Source of the DNA: the human T2T-CHM13v2.0 reference genome, Homo sapiens
Length of the DNA: 64,000 bases
Assembly (NCBI RefSeq): GCF_009914755.1
Contig: NC_060926.1
Reading direction: 5' to 3' (one strand)
The translations under genes and the position numbers were made by a program. The notes under the pieces are model-generated. The model worked only from the letters and a program-made list of their open reading frames with translations. It did not search any database and was not told the DNA's origin. Shown here piece after piece: positions 1-14,747 of this stretch; the stretch's first letter is position 1, and every line of letters starts with the position of its first letter.

Positions 1-1184
1 CAGCTGGAGAGCCCAGCTCTTGACAACTCAACATCTGCCTCCAAGTTCCTGGATGCAACCCAAATATCTGCCTTTTCATTGGCCCTGTGCCCTTGTATCT
101 TCTGGGATCATCCTCTTCTTTGCTCTCAAATAAAACTGCTCAAGGTACCTTCCTATATATTGTGAGGACTTCAATTCCTGCCCCTCTCCCTCCTAGGACC
201 TTTTCCAGGCAGGGCTGGGGAAGGTTGCATTTCTCCCTTTGCTGGGTCAAACCCCTCTCCTCTCCTGTAGCAACTCTCCTCTTGGCTCTGGGTCAGACCT
301 AGTGTGGAACTCAGCCAACTCCTGGAGTCCTTCGAAGGAACACAGACACGCACAGGGTGTAGGGTTAAAGGTGGGATGTTCAGCCCAGCACAGAACTAGA
401 AGTAACTTACAACTGAGTAGGAGCTGTGGGTGTCCTACAGACTCACCTGCTGTTTGCTGCCCAGGAGATTTCTCGAGGCTTGGCCCATCTTCAGGCCTGG
501 TGAAAGGCCATCTCCTCAGGCCCCTCTCTCCCTCCACACTCTCCTCCTCATGCTCTTCCTACCCCACCCCTTTTTGGGGGTCCTCCACCCACCTCCCTCA
601 TCTGTCCCCCACAGGCAGGGCAAAATTGTCATTCATTTTTCAGATAGAACAAGTCGCCTCTTTGGTTTCTCCCACCCAGCCCATGGGGAGGGCGGATTAG
701 CTTTCAGAACCAATCATGCTCTCTAAGGTCATTTTTTTTCCAACAAATGACCTTGTGACTCCATCAGAGGAATGTTTTACTTCTTTCTATTCTAATCCAT
801 TCCAACTTCAACCTGTAGGCCACTTTTCAAACAGAAATTTTCTTATTATTACACAAACACCAAATTCCCTGACAGAAGATCTTACCCCATTAGCATGGAA
901 TGTATCTGAACAACACTGCCGCTAGCCTGAAGGTGTATCCCAGCGAGGAAATTCTGGAATTTTCTGCACAGCCACAGCCTTTGTTAGAATAAGGACACAC
1001 ACATGGCACTCCACCTCGAAAGATGCTCACATTTGTGTGGATGCTTTCTGCTGGCTCAAAAAATTATGGACACACATCTTAAAATGTGAGATCCCTGCTG
1101 TGGGACCTCATGGTCTCTCATAAAATTCTTGTGAACAAAACAGAGAAAGATTAGCAGATTGCAGGACATCAAGGAGACATTAGA

Positions 1185-1351
1185 CTAGCTGGGTGTGGCG
1201 GTGGGCACCTGTAGTCCAGCTACTTAGGAGGCTGTGTAGGGAAGATCACATGAGCCCTGGAGGTTGAGGCTGCAGTGAGCTACGATCACACCACTGCACT
1301 CCAGCCTAAGCGACAGAGCAAGACCCTATCTGAAATTTAAAAAAAAAAAAA
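1185..1351 (+). mobile_element. Alu right-arm monomer/fragment (FRAM or AluJ-like)
   Basis: cctgtagtccagctact...gaggctgcagtgagc...ccactgcactccagcct followed by poly-A. Confidence 0.85.
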
Positions 1352-1512
1352 GGGATAAAAGTTGGAAAAATCAACATTCTGAAAGAGAATATCTAAGACA
1401 GTGAAGGGCGAGAGTCTATCGTGGTGTGCCCCAGGCTCTGTGGGTGGAGTTTAATGATTTTATTACAGTGCATCGTGTCATCCAACCTCCTCACTTAAAG
1501 ATGGGGAAGCTG

Positions 1513-1850
<338 letters not shown>

Positions 1851-2849
1851 TTACATAGTGGGTTTGCCTGTTCCTCCATCTGTCCACCCACCTGGGCTCA
1901 GTCTGGATGACAGGCTTGGACCACATTAGGACACAGGCTGCTATGGCCGACTCAGAGCATGCAGAGAGCCAACAACACCCAACTGCCGGGTCAACTCTAA
2001 CCAGGTGAAATGTGGCCAGGAGAAACGCCAGAGCCTGCCCTTGAGTTTTTAAAAGCTTCAATTCACACAGGCAAAAATGAAAAAGATTGCTGGGTTGGGG
2101 CGAGGGAATTATGACTCATTTTCTCTAGTTATTAGTGGACAGTGCCCTGTGGCTTCTGCAGTGAGCAGCAAGTGGCCACATGGCAGGGGCCCCAGCAGAG
2201 TGAAGCAGAGCATGTCATCCACACTCTGAGCCTGGACCCTGGCCTGGGCCACAGAGCTGCACAGGAGGCAGTGTCCGGGTGGGGTCAGAAAAATGGGCAG
2301 CTCAACTGCAGGTACACGTAGTGCGACCAGTGCCGCGACTGACAGGTGGACAAACCAGCGCACCCGGAGGAGGCAGGCCCCCCTTGGGCTGGGCCTGTGC
2401 ACCCTGGAAGGGAGGGGGAATCAGCTGGGAGGGGGAGGGCACCTCAGAGATGCAGGACCACAGCCTGGCAGAGGAAAGGCAGACACTGGGAAGCAGACCC
2501 GCAGCTCATCTGGGTTACCAGGACAGGCCATTCCAGACGGGGGTTGGTGGAAGATGGGGCTGAAAAGCTGTTCAGGGGCCAGAGCTTGAAGGAGCTGGTT
2601 AAGGGATCTGGGCTTGCATGAGAAATGGAGGTTATTGGAGGGTTGGAACACAGGGCAATGAGGCCAGAAAGGAGGTTCAGGAAAACCACCCTGGCAGCCA
2701 CGGTGCCCTCCAGGGACTGGCCTAGAGGAAGATACCTCAGAGGCTGCAGGCCTAACCAGGCCTGAACTAGGAGGGGCCAGTGCAGAGGGAGAAACCTATG
2801 CAGAACTCTCTAAGAGGCCAAATCTGAGGACTCGGGCAGGACATGGCAG

Positions 2850-3630
2850 CAATCAGGGAGGCTTCAAGCCACAAAACCCCCACAGATGTGATGCCTTTAT
2901 TTGTTTCATACAAAAACAAGCCAGGAAAGAAATGGGGTTGGACTGCATACTCTCTGCAAAGCCATATCCCACCTTCTCGCTCTGCCATCCTCAGTGAGTG
3001 GCTCTTCATCCTCCTGAGTGTGGCCTCAGGGTCATAAGATGGCTGCTGCACCTCCCGCCCTCATTCCAGGCAGAAGGAGGCAAAGGCCTTTTTCTTTTTT
3101 TTTTTTTTTTTTTTGTTGTTGTTGTTGTTGAGACGGAGTCTTGCTCTGTCTCCTAGGCTGGAGTGCAGTGGTGCGATCTCAGCTCACTGCAACCTCTGCC
3201 TCCTGGGTTCAAGCAATTCTCCTGCCTCCGCCTCCCAAGTAGCTGAGACTGCAGGTGCACACCACCACGCCCGGCTAATTTTTGTATTTTTGGTGGAGAT
3301 GGGGTTTCACCATGTTGGCCAGGCTGGTTTTGAACTCCTGGCCTCAAGTGATCTGCCTGCCTCGGCCTCCCAAAGTGCTGGGATTACAGGCGTGACCCAC
3401 TGCACCCGGCCCAAAGGCCTTTTTCTTAACAAGGCTTTGATGTTTTCTTTGCGAAGGGATGCCCTCTCCCATCTTATTGGCCAGGACTATGTCATAAGGC
3501 CACCCACAGCTGCGAGGAAGGCTGGGAAAATGACTGACTTTAGCGGACTGCATTGGTACCCTGAACAAAACCAGAATTCAGTTGGGCAGGCGGAGGGGAT
3601 GAGTATTGGGTGTGCACCTAGCAACATCTG
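2850..3630. mobile_element. Old MLT1-type (ERVL-MaLR) LTR fragment interrupted by an Alu
   Basis: Recalled MLT1-like motifs ctctgccatcctcag, cataagatggctgctgcacctcc, tcttattggccagga...gtcat...ggaggctgggaaa; subfamily not resolved. Confidence 0.5.
3089..3410 (-). mobile_element. Alu (AluS-like) with T/(TTG)n tail
   Basis: Reverse Alu consensus; caaaggcctttttctt duplicated on both sides. Confidence 0.95.
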
Positions 3631-4564
3631 CTCCAGGAGGAGGGTGTGGAATGAGTCCAAGGACGGCCCACACTGGACAAGTCAGCTTAGAAGCACTTCA
3701 AGTTCAAGGTGCCCACGTGCATGGGGGAAGATGGGCAGCTGGATACCTGGAGGTGAGAACACTGCCCTGAGCCACAGATTCGGGCCCTCAATTCCTAATG
3801 AAGGATGGCTTCCCAGGAGCTTCCAGGCCATCTGTGACTCTGATCCATGGAAAGTGCATGTCCTCTAGACCCGGCAGCTTGCAAGTAGGTGGAGATGCAC
3901 CAGCTTCCGGGAGACAAAAATCTGTCGCCTTAGCTCTGAATGGCATCTGTGTGCCAACCTCGGCCCACCTCCAGCCTATCCTTTCCTTCAAGAAAGAGTT
4001 GTGCCCCCTCTCCAGCCACCCCCTGCAGGTCACACGGGGCAGGGACATGAGATAAGCACCCCAGGCTGATTGACAGGGGCCTTTAAGTCTCTGCCCAGCC
4101 TGGGATTCAAAGCCTCTTCGTGACAAGCCTGGAGGATGCTCTCTGCCCCTGTGCACTGGCCGTGGCTGTCTAGGAAAAGAGGAGCATGCCTTTGCCCTTC
4201 TCCCTCCAGCAGCCGATGCTCACTGTCATCGGAGGCTGTCAGGAAGGCAGCTTTCTCACCCGTTGTTAATTATCCTTTTTAATTGCGCTAAGAAGGGCCT
4301 TTCCTCAGTGATTTGCTCTTCTGCATAATCAGGGTGAGGAGTACCGGTGGCAGCAGCCCACCTGTGTTCCCGGCCTGTGTTCCACAGCGGCCCCTCTGTG
4401 GATCCCCAGGGCCTGAGAGCAGGTGGGCAAGGCCACTGTCCTCAGTCTTCCAGCCTTCTCAGCCCCATCCACCACAGCTGCTTCTTGAGGAGGGAGCTCT
4501 TCCTAAGGATGGCACTGAATAGCTCCTTGGCAGGCAGTGCCTGTGAAACCTCCTGCTTCCCTCG

Positions 4565-5185
<621 letters not shown>

Positions 5186-5534
5186 CAGCTTCCTTCCTCT
5201 TAAATGTGGTGGTCACCAGCTGCTCCGGTCCTCCTTCCGCCTCCTCTACAAGCTCTCCCAGCACCTTCGCCTCTTCCCGGCCCGTCTCTCTCCTGAGCTC
5301 CAGGCCTCCCCAGCTCAACAAACCTGAGGTCCGCTTGCCTGTTCCACTGGCTGCCCCTGCCCGAGGTGGCCTCCCAGGTGCCAGCCCCTCAACCGGGGCA
5401 CCTACCCTGTGCGAAGCCAGGTGGCGGCTCCACTTCTGTCCCCGGAACCTCAAACGCACCACCCAGACACACCGCTGTGGCCGTGGCTGCTCTGCCTCCC
5501 CCAGGCTGTGCACGCATCAGGGGTAGGAACCACA

Positions 5535-5720
5535 TTTTATGATGTTATTTTCTCTTTTTCAAATTTTCTTTTAGAATTGGGGACACGTGCAGGTTTGTTA
5601 CCCGGGTGTATTACGTAATGCAGAGGTTTGGGGTATGGTTGATCCCATCGCCCAAGTCGTGAGCGTTGAACCCAATGGGGAGCTTTTCAGCTCTGCCGCC
5701 TCCATCCTCTCTAGTCTAGC
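5535..5720 (-). mobile_element. L1 3'-end fragment (L1PA/L1PB-like)
   Basis: gtgcaggtttgttac...gaggtttggggtat...gatccc resembles the primate L1 3' terminus in reverse orientation. Confidence 0.65.
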
Positions 5721-6089
5721 AGTCCCGAGTCCACTGAGGAATGCATTTTAATCTTCTCTGTAGTTCAGTGCGGGCCTGGGGAACAGCCAATGAATGAATG
5801 GATACGGAAGTGACGGAATCACCATTTGGGACACTGGATCTACAGATGCAGCACATCCCCAGCGCACAAGCCTCCAAACAGCGCAGCCGAGGAGGGGCTC
5901 AGCCGTCTACCCTGTCTCCAGCGGAGGAGCTTCTGAGACCAGGAGCGGGGGCCGTCGGGTGAGCATTCCCCTGGAACACGAAGGAGCAAACCTGCCCGGC
6001 TGCATTCCGCCCTCCCGCTGCCCTAGGCCCGCTATAGGCTGGATAAAGTGAACCAAGCAAGGGTCCCAGAAACGTCACACGTGAACTCG

Positions 6090-7155
6090 CCCATTCACAC
6101 TCACCCATTCCCATGCACACTGGCCATTCACTCAGCCATTCACACGTGCACACATTCGCACGCACACTCGTGCACACATTCACACACACAACCATTCATA
6201 CATTTACACACAGACGCACACTCGCACTCACTGACCCATTCACACTAACATTTACACTCACCCTTTCACACATATTCACACTCACACATTCACACCTATT
6301 CACATGCACACACGCATTCACATTCTCCTCACCATTCACACTCACACATTCACACACATTCACACATCCACACCTTCACACTCACATTCACACATTCACA
6401 CTCACACATTCACACACATTCACACTCACACCTTCACACTCACACATTCACACACGTTCACACTCACACCCACACTTTCACACTCACACATTCACACTCA
6501 CATCCACACCTTCACACTCACACATTCACACACATTCACACACATTCATTCACACCCACATCTTCACATTCACATTCACACACCTTCACACTCACACATT
6601 CACATTCACACTCACACATTCCACACACATTCACACTCACACCCACACCTTCACACTCACATTCACACACATTCACCCTCACCAACACCTTCACCCTCAC
6701 ACCCACACCTTCACACACATTCACACACATTCACACTCACACCCACACCTTCACAGTCACACACATCGACACTCACACATTCACACCTATTCTCATGCAC
6801 ACACTCGCACACACATTCACACTCACCATACACATTCACACTCACATTCTCTGACCATTCACATTCACACTCACACCTTCACACTCACATACACATACAT
6901 TTACTCACATGCACACACATTCGCACACACATTCACGTTTGCCCATTCACACACATTCACACTCCCACATTTACACACATGTTCACACATTATACTCATA
7001 CATATTCACATTCACCCATTCACTCACACATTTACACTCACACATTCACACACACTCATTCACACACAGTCACACATGTACACTTACAGTCACTAACAAT
7101 CACACGCATCCACACACATTTACATTCATATTCACTCACACACACATTCACACAT
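6090..7155 (+). repeat. About 1.07 kb degenerate CA-rich simple repeat (CACATT/CACACT/CACCTT units)
   Basis: Directly visible, e.g. recurring cacactcacacattcacacacatt. Confidence 0.95.
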
Positions 7156-7408
7156 CTCCTCGCAGTTCCCATCTAGGCAAGCTACCTAGTCTCAGGGCCC
7201 TTTCTGGAAGCCACCGTGGAGTGCACATTCCCAGATCTGAGCTCCTAGAACCTATCTCCCCTTCTCCTCAGAAGCCTCACCCCGATTTTCATTCAGGTGT
7301 TCATGCCTCCCTCACCCAGTTCAGCCCACCTCCAGCTCCAGATCCTATTTGTCTTAAGCAAATCTGCAAGTGCCACCCCAGGCCACAGCAACTGGCTCAG
7401 GGTTCAAT

Positions 7409-7436
7409 GACACACACACACACACACACACACACA
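7409..7436 (+). repeat. (CA)n microsatellite
   Basis: Directly visible. Confidence 0.95.
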
Positions 7437-9748
7437 AATACTTTCCGGGGTGCTTCTCGGAAGGAAGTGTGCTGGCATCAAACTCGGAACTACTCAGCCC
7501 CAAGATGAAGCTGCTGCCCAGGCGCCAAGGAGGCCGAGAGCATCTCGGAGGACCTGAGCCACAGCCACCCAGCACCCAGCACGCCAGCCACAGCTGCTGA
7601 GCAGAGGGACCCAGTGTTTGGCCACCCCTCATGACGTCCCCACATGCGGCCTGGTGTTGGGGTGACTGAGGCCAGGAGTATGGGCATTTAAAACCCCAGA
7701 GGCATGGCCAAGGGTCTTCAGGCCAGCAAAACTGAGAGAAGCGACACCAACATGATTATCATATCCAATCAAGGACAAGGGCTGAGAGGCCGGGCCAGCA
7801 GCAGGGCCAGTGTTGGGGCCGCGGTGGAAGACCGGGGAGCTGGCAGGAGGGCGGGGAGCAGGGGGTCGCTCCCTGCACCGGAAGGACACTTCTGAGAGCC
7901 TCTGACGGCGGAGCTGGTGCAGAGCCTGAGGCCTCGGGGCCATTTGCACTGACAGGGGGTGTGTGTGATAATTTTAGCTGCCAAGTCCCATGACTCAAAA
8001 TCCTGCTCCTGCCAGCAAATGAGTTTGTAACACAGAGTAATAAATAAGTAAACCGATTTTCTAAAGATTTTCATGGGGTTTCAAAAGGGGCCCACACCTT
8101 CCAGGAAGCCATGAGAATGCCTCTATGCAGGGCCTGGCCCTCCCTCAGGCACCTGGGCTGCTGCAGCCCACCCCACAGCCCCCACACAAGAGGCGGCCTT
8201 CCTAGACCTCTCTCCAGTCCTGGCTCCAAACCGCCACTGTCACTCCCGCCACACGCTGGCTCCGGGAGGCTGGAGGGGAGCCACACAGAGGGCTGCCCAG
8301 GGTGGGCCTCTTCCCAAGCTCGTGCTTGGCCCTCCCAGGGTGTGGGGTCTGCAAGAGCCTCCAGCCTCAGTTGGGTCCCAGAACCCACAGCCCGGCCTGC
8401 CTGCTCTGAGAGTCAGGAGCCCTGCCCAGGGTCTGGGCCTCCGTGGCCACGTCAGCCCAAATCAAGCCAGATTGCCAAGCCCTCCGGGACATTGCACGTC
8501 CAGCTGCCAGGCATGGAGAGCAGCCCGCACCTCTCCCGGCCCCCACCATGGGCCACCTTCACCCCACCTGTTGCTATTTCCTCCACCCTGTCCTGGCCTG
8601 GGCCCTCTGCTCTGCCCGGCCCTTCAGCTCACTGGCCTGTTTATTCACGCTGCCTGGCTCTGAATGCCCCCTGCACTGCCATGAACCTAGTTGACTCCCC
8701 GGCTCCCAGACACACATCTCAGTTCAGACTTTGGGCCGCTGCCCCTCCCCAGCAGGATGGGAACCTCACACCTGGCCTCCCTCCCTCTGGATCCGCAGGC
8801 TCCCCAGCCCCGATCCTGGCCCTGCTCCCTCTGGCAAGAAGCTCCCTGCAGGCCCTGACCTTGTGGTACAGAGCAGGGCCGCTCCTTACCCCAGCGGCGA
8901 GGGCTGGGGGTAAAGCTGAAAGCTGCCATGGAACATATCTTGGAATCTTATATTGTCAAAAACCTAATCTAAATGCTTTCTCCTGGATAATGTATTTTAG
9001 ATGAGGTGGGTTTTTTTGTTTTTTTGTTTTGTTTTGAATTTTCAGGTTGAAATAAAAGCAAAGACTTCCCATGATGGCACTGTGGCTTCACACCTCACAG
9101 AGCCCAGGGCACGTGCACCCAGGCTCAGAAGTGGGCTGGGCTCCAAGCCGGCTCCACCCACAATGCACTATGGACCTTGGGCAGGGGAAATGAGGCTGTC
9201 AAGGAGGAAGGGATGAAGGAGGGAGTGAAGGAAGGTAGGAAAGGTGGGAGATCTCCAAGCAGGGGCAACCAGAAAGAGGCTCTGTCCCAACTGCTATGAC
9301 TTCCACTGCTCCTGGAAGCCACGGATGGCAGAGCCAACACTATCTGCCCCCCACAGGACCAGGCAGGGCCACAGCAATGACAATCCTGCCACCTAAAGCA
9401 AAGCCCAGGGGCTTTACCCCAAAATAAAGCTCAGACTCTGACAGTCACCTCACTCACCAGCTTTAACTATTACTAAAGAGAGCCGTGAGCTCCTTCCACC
9501 TGGAAGTGCAGGCTGCTCCCTGGGCCCATGGGCACAGTCCCCGCAGCTCCTGGAAAGCTGCTGCTCAGACCTGTCCAAGTCTGCCGATGGAACTGAAGCG
9601 CCCAGAGCGGGGTCAGCAGGGGTCAAGAGATGAGGGACAAGCCAGGCCAGCATGCCTGCCCCCCACCCAGGCCCTTCAGACCCCACCAGACACAAGCATT
9701 GCCCTTGGTCTGGGGTCAAGTGCTCAGACCCACAGTCCAGTGCCATCA

Positions 9749-10160
<412 letters not shown>

Positions 10161-10409
10161 GGTCACTTAGGATAGCACTCAGCAGATTTCTCGGACAGAG
10201 ATGGCTCGCCAAGCCCCTTCACCCAAGCCCCCAGTCCCTGACCTCCAGCTGACCACCCCTAAGAACCCCAGGGGACAGGGGCTGAAGCCCTGTGGTGCAC
10301 CAGCCCAGGGCAGCGGGCCTTCGGGGGCAGACCATCTCAGTAAGAAAGCCACAGATAACACGGTTCCATCCGCACTCACGGACAAGAAGAGGGAGAACAA
10401 ATACACACA

Positions 10410-10910
10410 CGTTTTCTGAGAGTTTTTATCATTTTTTTTTTGTTTCATTTTGTTTTGAACACTAAGATTTATTTTCAAACAGCACACAGACCGTCTGCGG
10501 GGCAGAGCCAGGCTAGGCTGGTGTCTGGGCCCCACCCACAGCAGCTGCCAGGAAAAGAGGACCCTTGCCCGGGTGGCGCGGCCGAAGCTTCAGGCAAGCA
10601 TGGTGGCTCGGCAGCCCCCAGCCCCGCCCTGCGGCCAGGCACACATGCGGGCACAGGCAGGGGCGCCAGAAACTCAACTAGAGGACACAGCAGCTTCAGG
10701 AACACTGGTGAATTCCGCCGGACTTGCCGGGACGCGGCTCTTTGGAAAACGACCTAATCTTTGGGAGAACGCCCCTCTGCCTGGGGGTCTCCTCTTGATT
10801 TCCCTTTGCTCTTCAAAAGATGAAAAACGAAAACAAAACAAAAAAAAGAACCACACATTTTTCGGGAGGAGGTGTTCTTCACACGCCCGGAGGCTGCCTG
10901 GGCCCCGCCG
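10410..10910 (-). other. BIN1: BIN1 3' UTR (about 0.5 kb)
   Basis: Runs from the stop codon to the AATAAA and GU-rich downstream element; cleavage site approximate. Confidence 0.85.
10468..10473 (-). terminator. Polyadenylation signal AATAAA of BIN1
   Basis: tttatt on the + strand; GU/U-rich CGTGTGTGTATTTGTT downstream at about 10397-10411. Confidence 0.85.
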
Positions 10911-11300
<390 letters not shown>

Positions 11301-12805
11301 TCAGCCCTTCCAGGATTCCAGGCTTCTCAAACAACCCCAGAAAGTTTTGGGAGTGACAACAAGTTACAAGTTCTAGAGGGACTTGGGGCCATCCCACCAG
11401 TCCCTCCAACTTCGACTTGCCCTTTGCTTCAATCCTGACACCCGCAGGGCCTTCTCTGGGAGTGCTGACAGGCCCCTGGCCCCAGGTGGGTCACGGGGAG
11501 CCGTATGGCCATCCACTCCTGCCAGTGGCTGGGCCGAGGCTGCCCCTGCAGCTGGGCTGTGCCTGGGGCCTACCTGGGTCTTTGTTATTTCCCTCTGTGT
11601 CATTGTCAGCCTGGTCACAGACCCTACTCATGCCCTATCTGAGCCCCCTCCAGCAGCCCCAGGCCAATTCTCACTGTGGGCTCTGGGTAGCAGTCTGCTT
11701 GAAATCCTACCCAGCCAGGGCTGGCCCACTAGGAGGTCCATGAAGACCTGGGGGCTTAGGAGAAAGGGCCAAATCAGTGCCAGGCCCACAAGGTCCTCAT
11801 CACTCAGGCCTCCTGCCCCGGACCTCAATAAGTACCTGGTACCCCTACATCCCAGCCCAGGACCCCCAGTAGGGTCGGCCTCATCCAAGACCCAGGCAGA
11901 CCCACTGTCACCCTCAGCCGCTCTGATAACCTATTCACACAGAAGCGTTGATGGCTAAACATGTTCTCTGGAAGCAGGAAGAAGCCGGCCAGGCCCTCTG
12001 TGCACAGCCCGAGGTGCTCAGGGGCTGAGCCGTGGAGGAAGCCAGATGCCCACATGGCACCACCGACCCCCCACAAGCAAAGCTGGCTCTACACAGCGGG
12101 GAGGCTCCTGCCAAGAGTCCAAGGCCCCCTGGGAGGGGCAACTGACCCAGATCCAGGAGGGTCCCAGACCTAGGAGGGACACACTTAGCACCCACCCAGG
12201 CTCAACAGGAGCCCTCACTTCCAGGAGATTAACATGAAGCCACAGCAGGAGGAGAAGGGTCTGGAAGGCATCGTGGGTGAGCCTCAGCCGGGGACACAGC
12301 TGGGAAGCCCATGGCCCTGCGTGCACAGGGCAGGGCCCGCCTCGAGGGACGGCACACGGGGCTTCATGAGCCCAACCAGTGCTCCGGCTGGCTGCAGGGT
12401 GGGCACCTTGTGGGCGGGGCAGGAGGGGTCAAGCATCCTGTCCCAGGAGGGAGGCAGGCCTCAGGCACAGCTGCCAGGAGAGGAGAAGGGGAGAGACAGA
12501 GGCAGAGCTGAGAGCGCCTGAGCAAAGGGGGGACGTGGGGAGAAGAAAGCAGAGGCTACAGGAAGAAGCGGGTATGGGGACAGGGAGAGAGAGAGGCCTA
12601 ACAGGAGAGGGGCCAAGGGAAGGGAGAGGAGAGGGAGAGAGGAAAAAGCCCGACGTGGAGGGCGGGGAGGAGCAGTTGGCGCGGGAGCCCTGGTGCTCGC
12701 GGGCCTCTGCTGCCCCCTGCTGGCCTGTCTCCGCCACGGCGGTGCCAGCCGCAGCCAGGATGCCTGTGGTCCCCCTGCGCTCTGGCGGCCCCACCCAGCC
12801 CTCAC

Positions 12806-12907
12806 CTGCTCTTCAGGGTTCTGGAAGGGGATCACCAGCACCACATCACCAGCCTTGAGCTGCAGCTCGTCTGTGTCAGTGGCCGTGTAGTCGTGCTGGG
12901 CCTGTAC
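12806..12907 (-). CDS. BIN1: BIN1 exon 19 (SH3 N-terminal half)
   Basis: ctgcag|GTA...CAG|gtgag; [34 protein letters not shown], 102 nt. Confidence 0.98.
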
Positions 12908-13021
12908 CTGCAGAGGATGCGGATCGCAAGTCAGACCTTCCGTCCCACCTCCAGCCCTGCACAGAGCACGGGCCTTGCGTGTGGGAGGTGCAGGTGGCAG
13001 TATGGAGACCAGGAGTGCTCA

Positions 13022-13429
<408 letters not shown>

Positions 13430-13538
13430 TCAACAGGAGCCAGGCCTGGACCAGCACCAGCAGGGGCCACAGGGGAGCCCCGGACAGGCAGGCGGGCGGC
13501 AGGGAGGAAAAGGCAGGGCTTTGTCCCTGCTGTCTTAC

Positions 13539-13628
13539 GGAGGCTGCTTCACTTGCCGCCGTCTCCCCTGGCTCCTGGGCTCCAGCCGCAGGTTGGGTCC
13601 CACCCGCCACCTCCGAGGCCTCTGCTGG
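13539..13628 (-). CDS. BIN1: BIN1 exon 17 (alternatively spliced, Myc-binding region)
   Basis: ttgcag|CCA...TCC|gtaag; [30 protein letters not shown], 90 nt. Confidence 0.97.
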
Positions 13629-14140
13629 CTGCAACATAAATGCCGGCTTGGGGTCAGACACAGGACAGGACACAGCCAGGACACAGGAAACAGGCCACAG
13701 GAGGGCAGCACCCAAGCGACAGGGCCGGGGGCATCGCCTGGCTGGCAGCAGGGTCTAGAGCTGCCCAGTGCCTCGAAGAATCCAGGGAGCCTCTGCTGGA
13801 CAAGCTGGGCCCTGGGCCGGGGAAGCAGCTGAAGAGTAGGCGCTGGCAGGCCCAGGGATGTGAGTGACAATGCTGTGAAGAAGCCCAGTGCAAGCCCCAG
13901 AGTGCCACCCCCAACCCCGCCTCACAGGCCCTGCTCTCTCGGCACCAAGACCTCGCCCAGCCACAGCCACCACCCGCCCACCCTGCTTGACCCGGCAGGT
14001 GGCAGGATCTTGCTGCACCTATAGATAGTCCATGGCAGGGGACAGCAACACACATCTGTCCCAGCCTGAGCACAACCCAGCGCAGGTGGTGCGGTGCAGC
14101 CTGTGCGCAGCCCAAATCCAAGAAGGGTGTGGCACAGAAT

Positions 14141-14175
14141 GGGCACCGCAGCACGGGCACCGCAGCACGGGCACC
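14141..14175 (+). repeat. 14-bp tandem repeat GGGCACCGCAGCAC, 2.5 copies
   Basis: Directly visible. Confidence 0.9.
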
Positions 14176-14229
14176 ACGGCAGGCCCTGCAGGAACCCCAG
14201 AGCTGGGCTGACCTGGGCCGACACTCAGA

Positions 14230-14395
14230 CTTGGCCACTTCTGAGTGCTGGAACCAAGTTACTCAACCCTCCTAGCCCCCATCTCCTCATCTGTAAAAGG
14301 AGGAAGTGTCTGGCTGTAAAGGTGATGACGAAGATTAAATGAGAAGATTCTGGAAAGTGCCTGGCATAAACCAGTAGGTGCTCTAAATGCTCCTC
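14230..14395 (+). mobile_element. MIR fragment
   Basis: caagttactcaacc...ctcatctgtaaaa...gattaaatgaga...aaagtgcctggcat...gtaggtgctc, MIR core-like. Confidence 0.65.
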
Positions 14396-14639
14396 CTGCG
14401 CTGGGAGGCTGGGCTGGGGTGGGCAAGCAGGAGGGGCTGATGCGCCCAGCTGCGCTCACTCATCCCTGGCAGCCTTGGTGACAAGCCCGTGCTGGGGCAG
14501 CCTAGCTCAGGACCCTGTCCTCACCCTCACATCCATGGTGGCCTGGTCCCTCCTGCAACCCCTCCTCGGGGCTCTCCTTCCATGCTGCACCCCTAGAGAC
14601 TGGGGACAAGCCAGACAGGGGCTGGAGGTGGGCACTTAC

Positions 14640-14747
14640 TTGGGCAGGCCCCGGCTCGGCCGTCTGGCTGGGCCAGGACACAGCAAAGGTGCCCTCGGCA
14701 GCGCTGGGCTCCCCGGAAGGCAGGCTGCCGGCTGGACTCTCTGTGGG
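14640..14747 (-). CDS. BIN1: BIN1 exon 16 (CLAP region, neuronal cassette)
   Basis: taccag|CCC...CAA|gtaagt; PTESPAGSLPSGEPSAAEGTFAVSWPSQTAEPGPAQ, 108 nt. Confidence 0.97.

Noticed and set aside
1-950. Possible old endogenous retrovirus or LTR fragment
   Set aside because: Composition is suggestive but I could not match any diagnostic motif; needs RepeatMasker
6113-7176. 327-aa and 290-aa His/Thr-rich ORFs
   Set aside because: Translations of the stop-poor CA-rich simple repeat; open in several frames, with no gene structure
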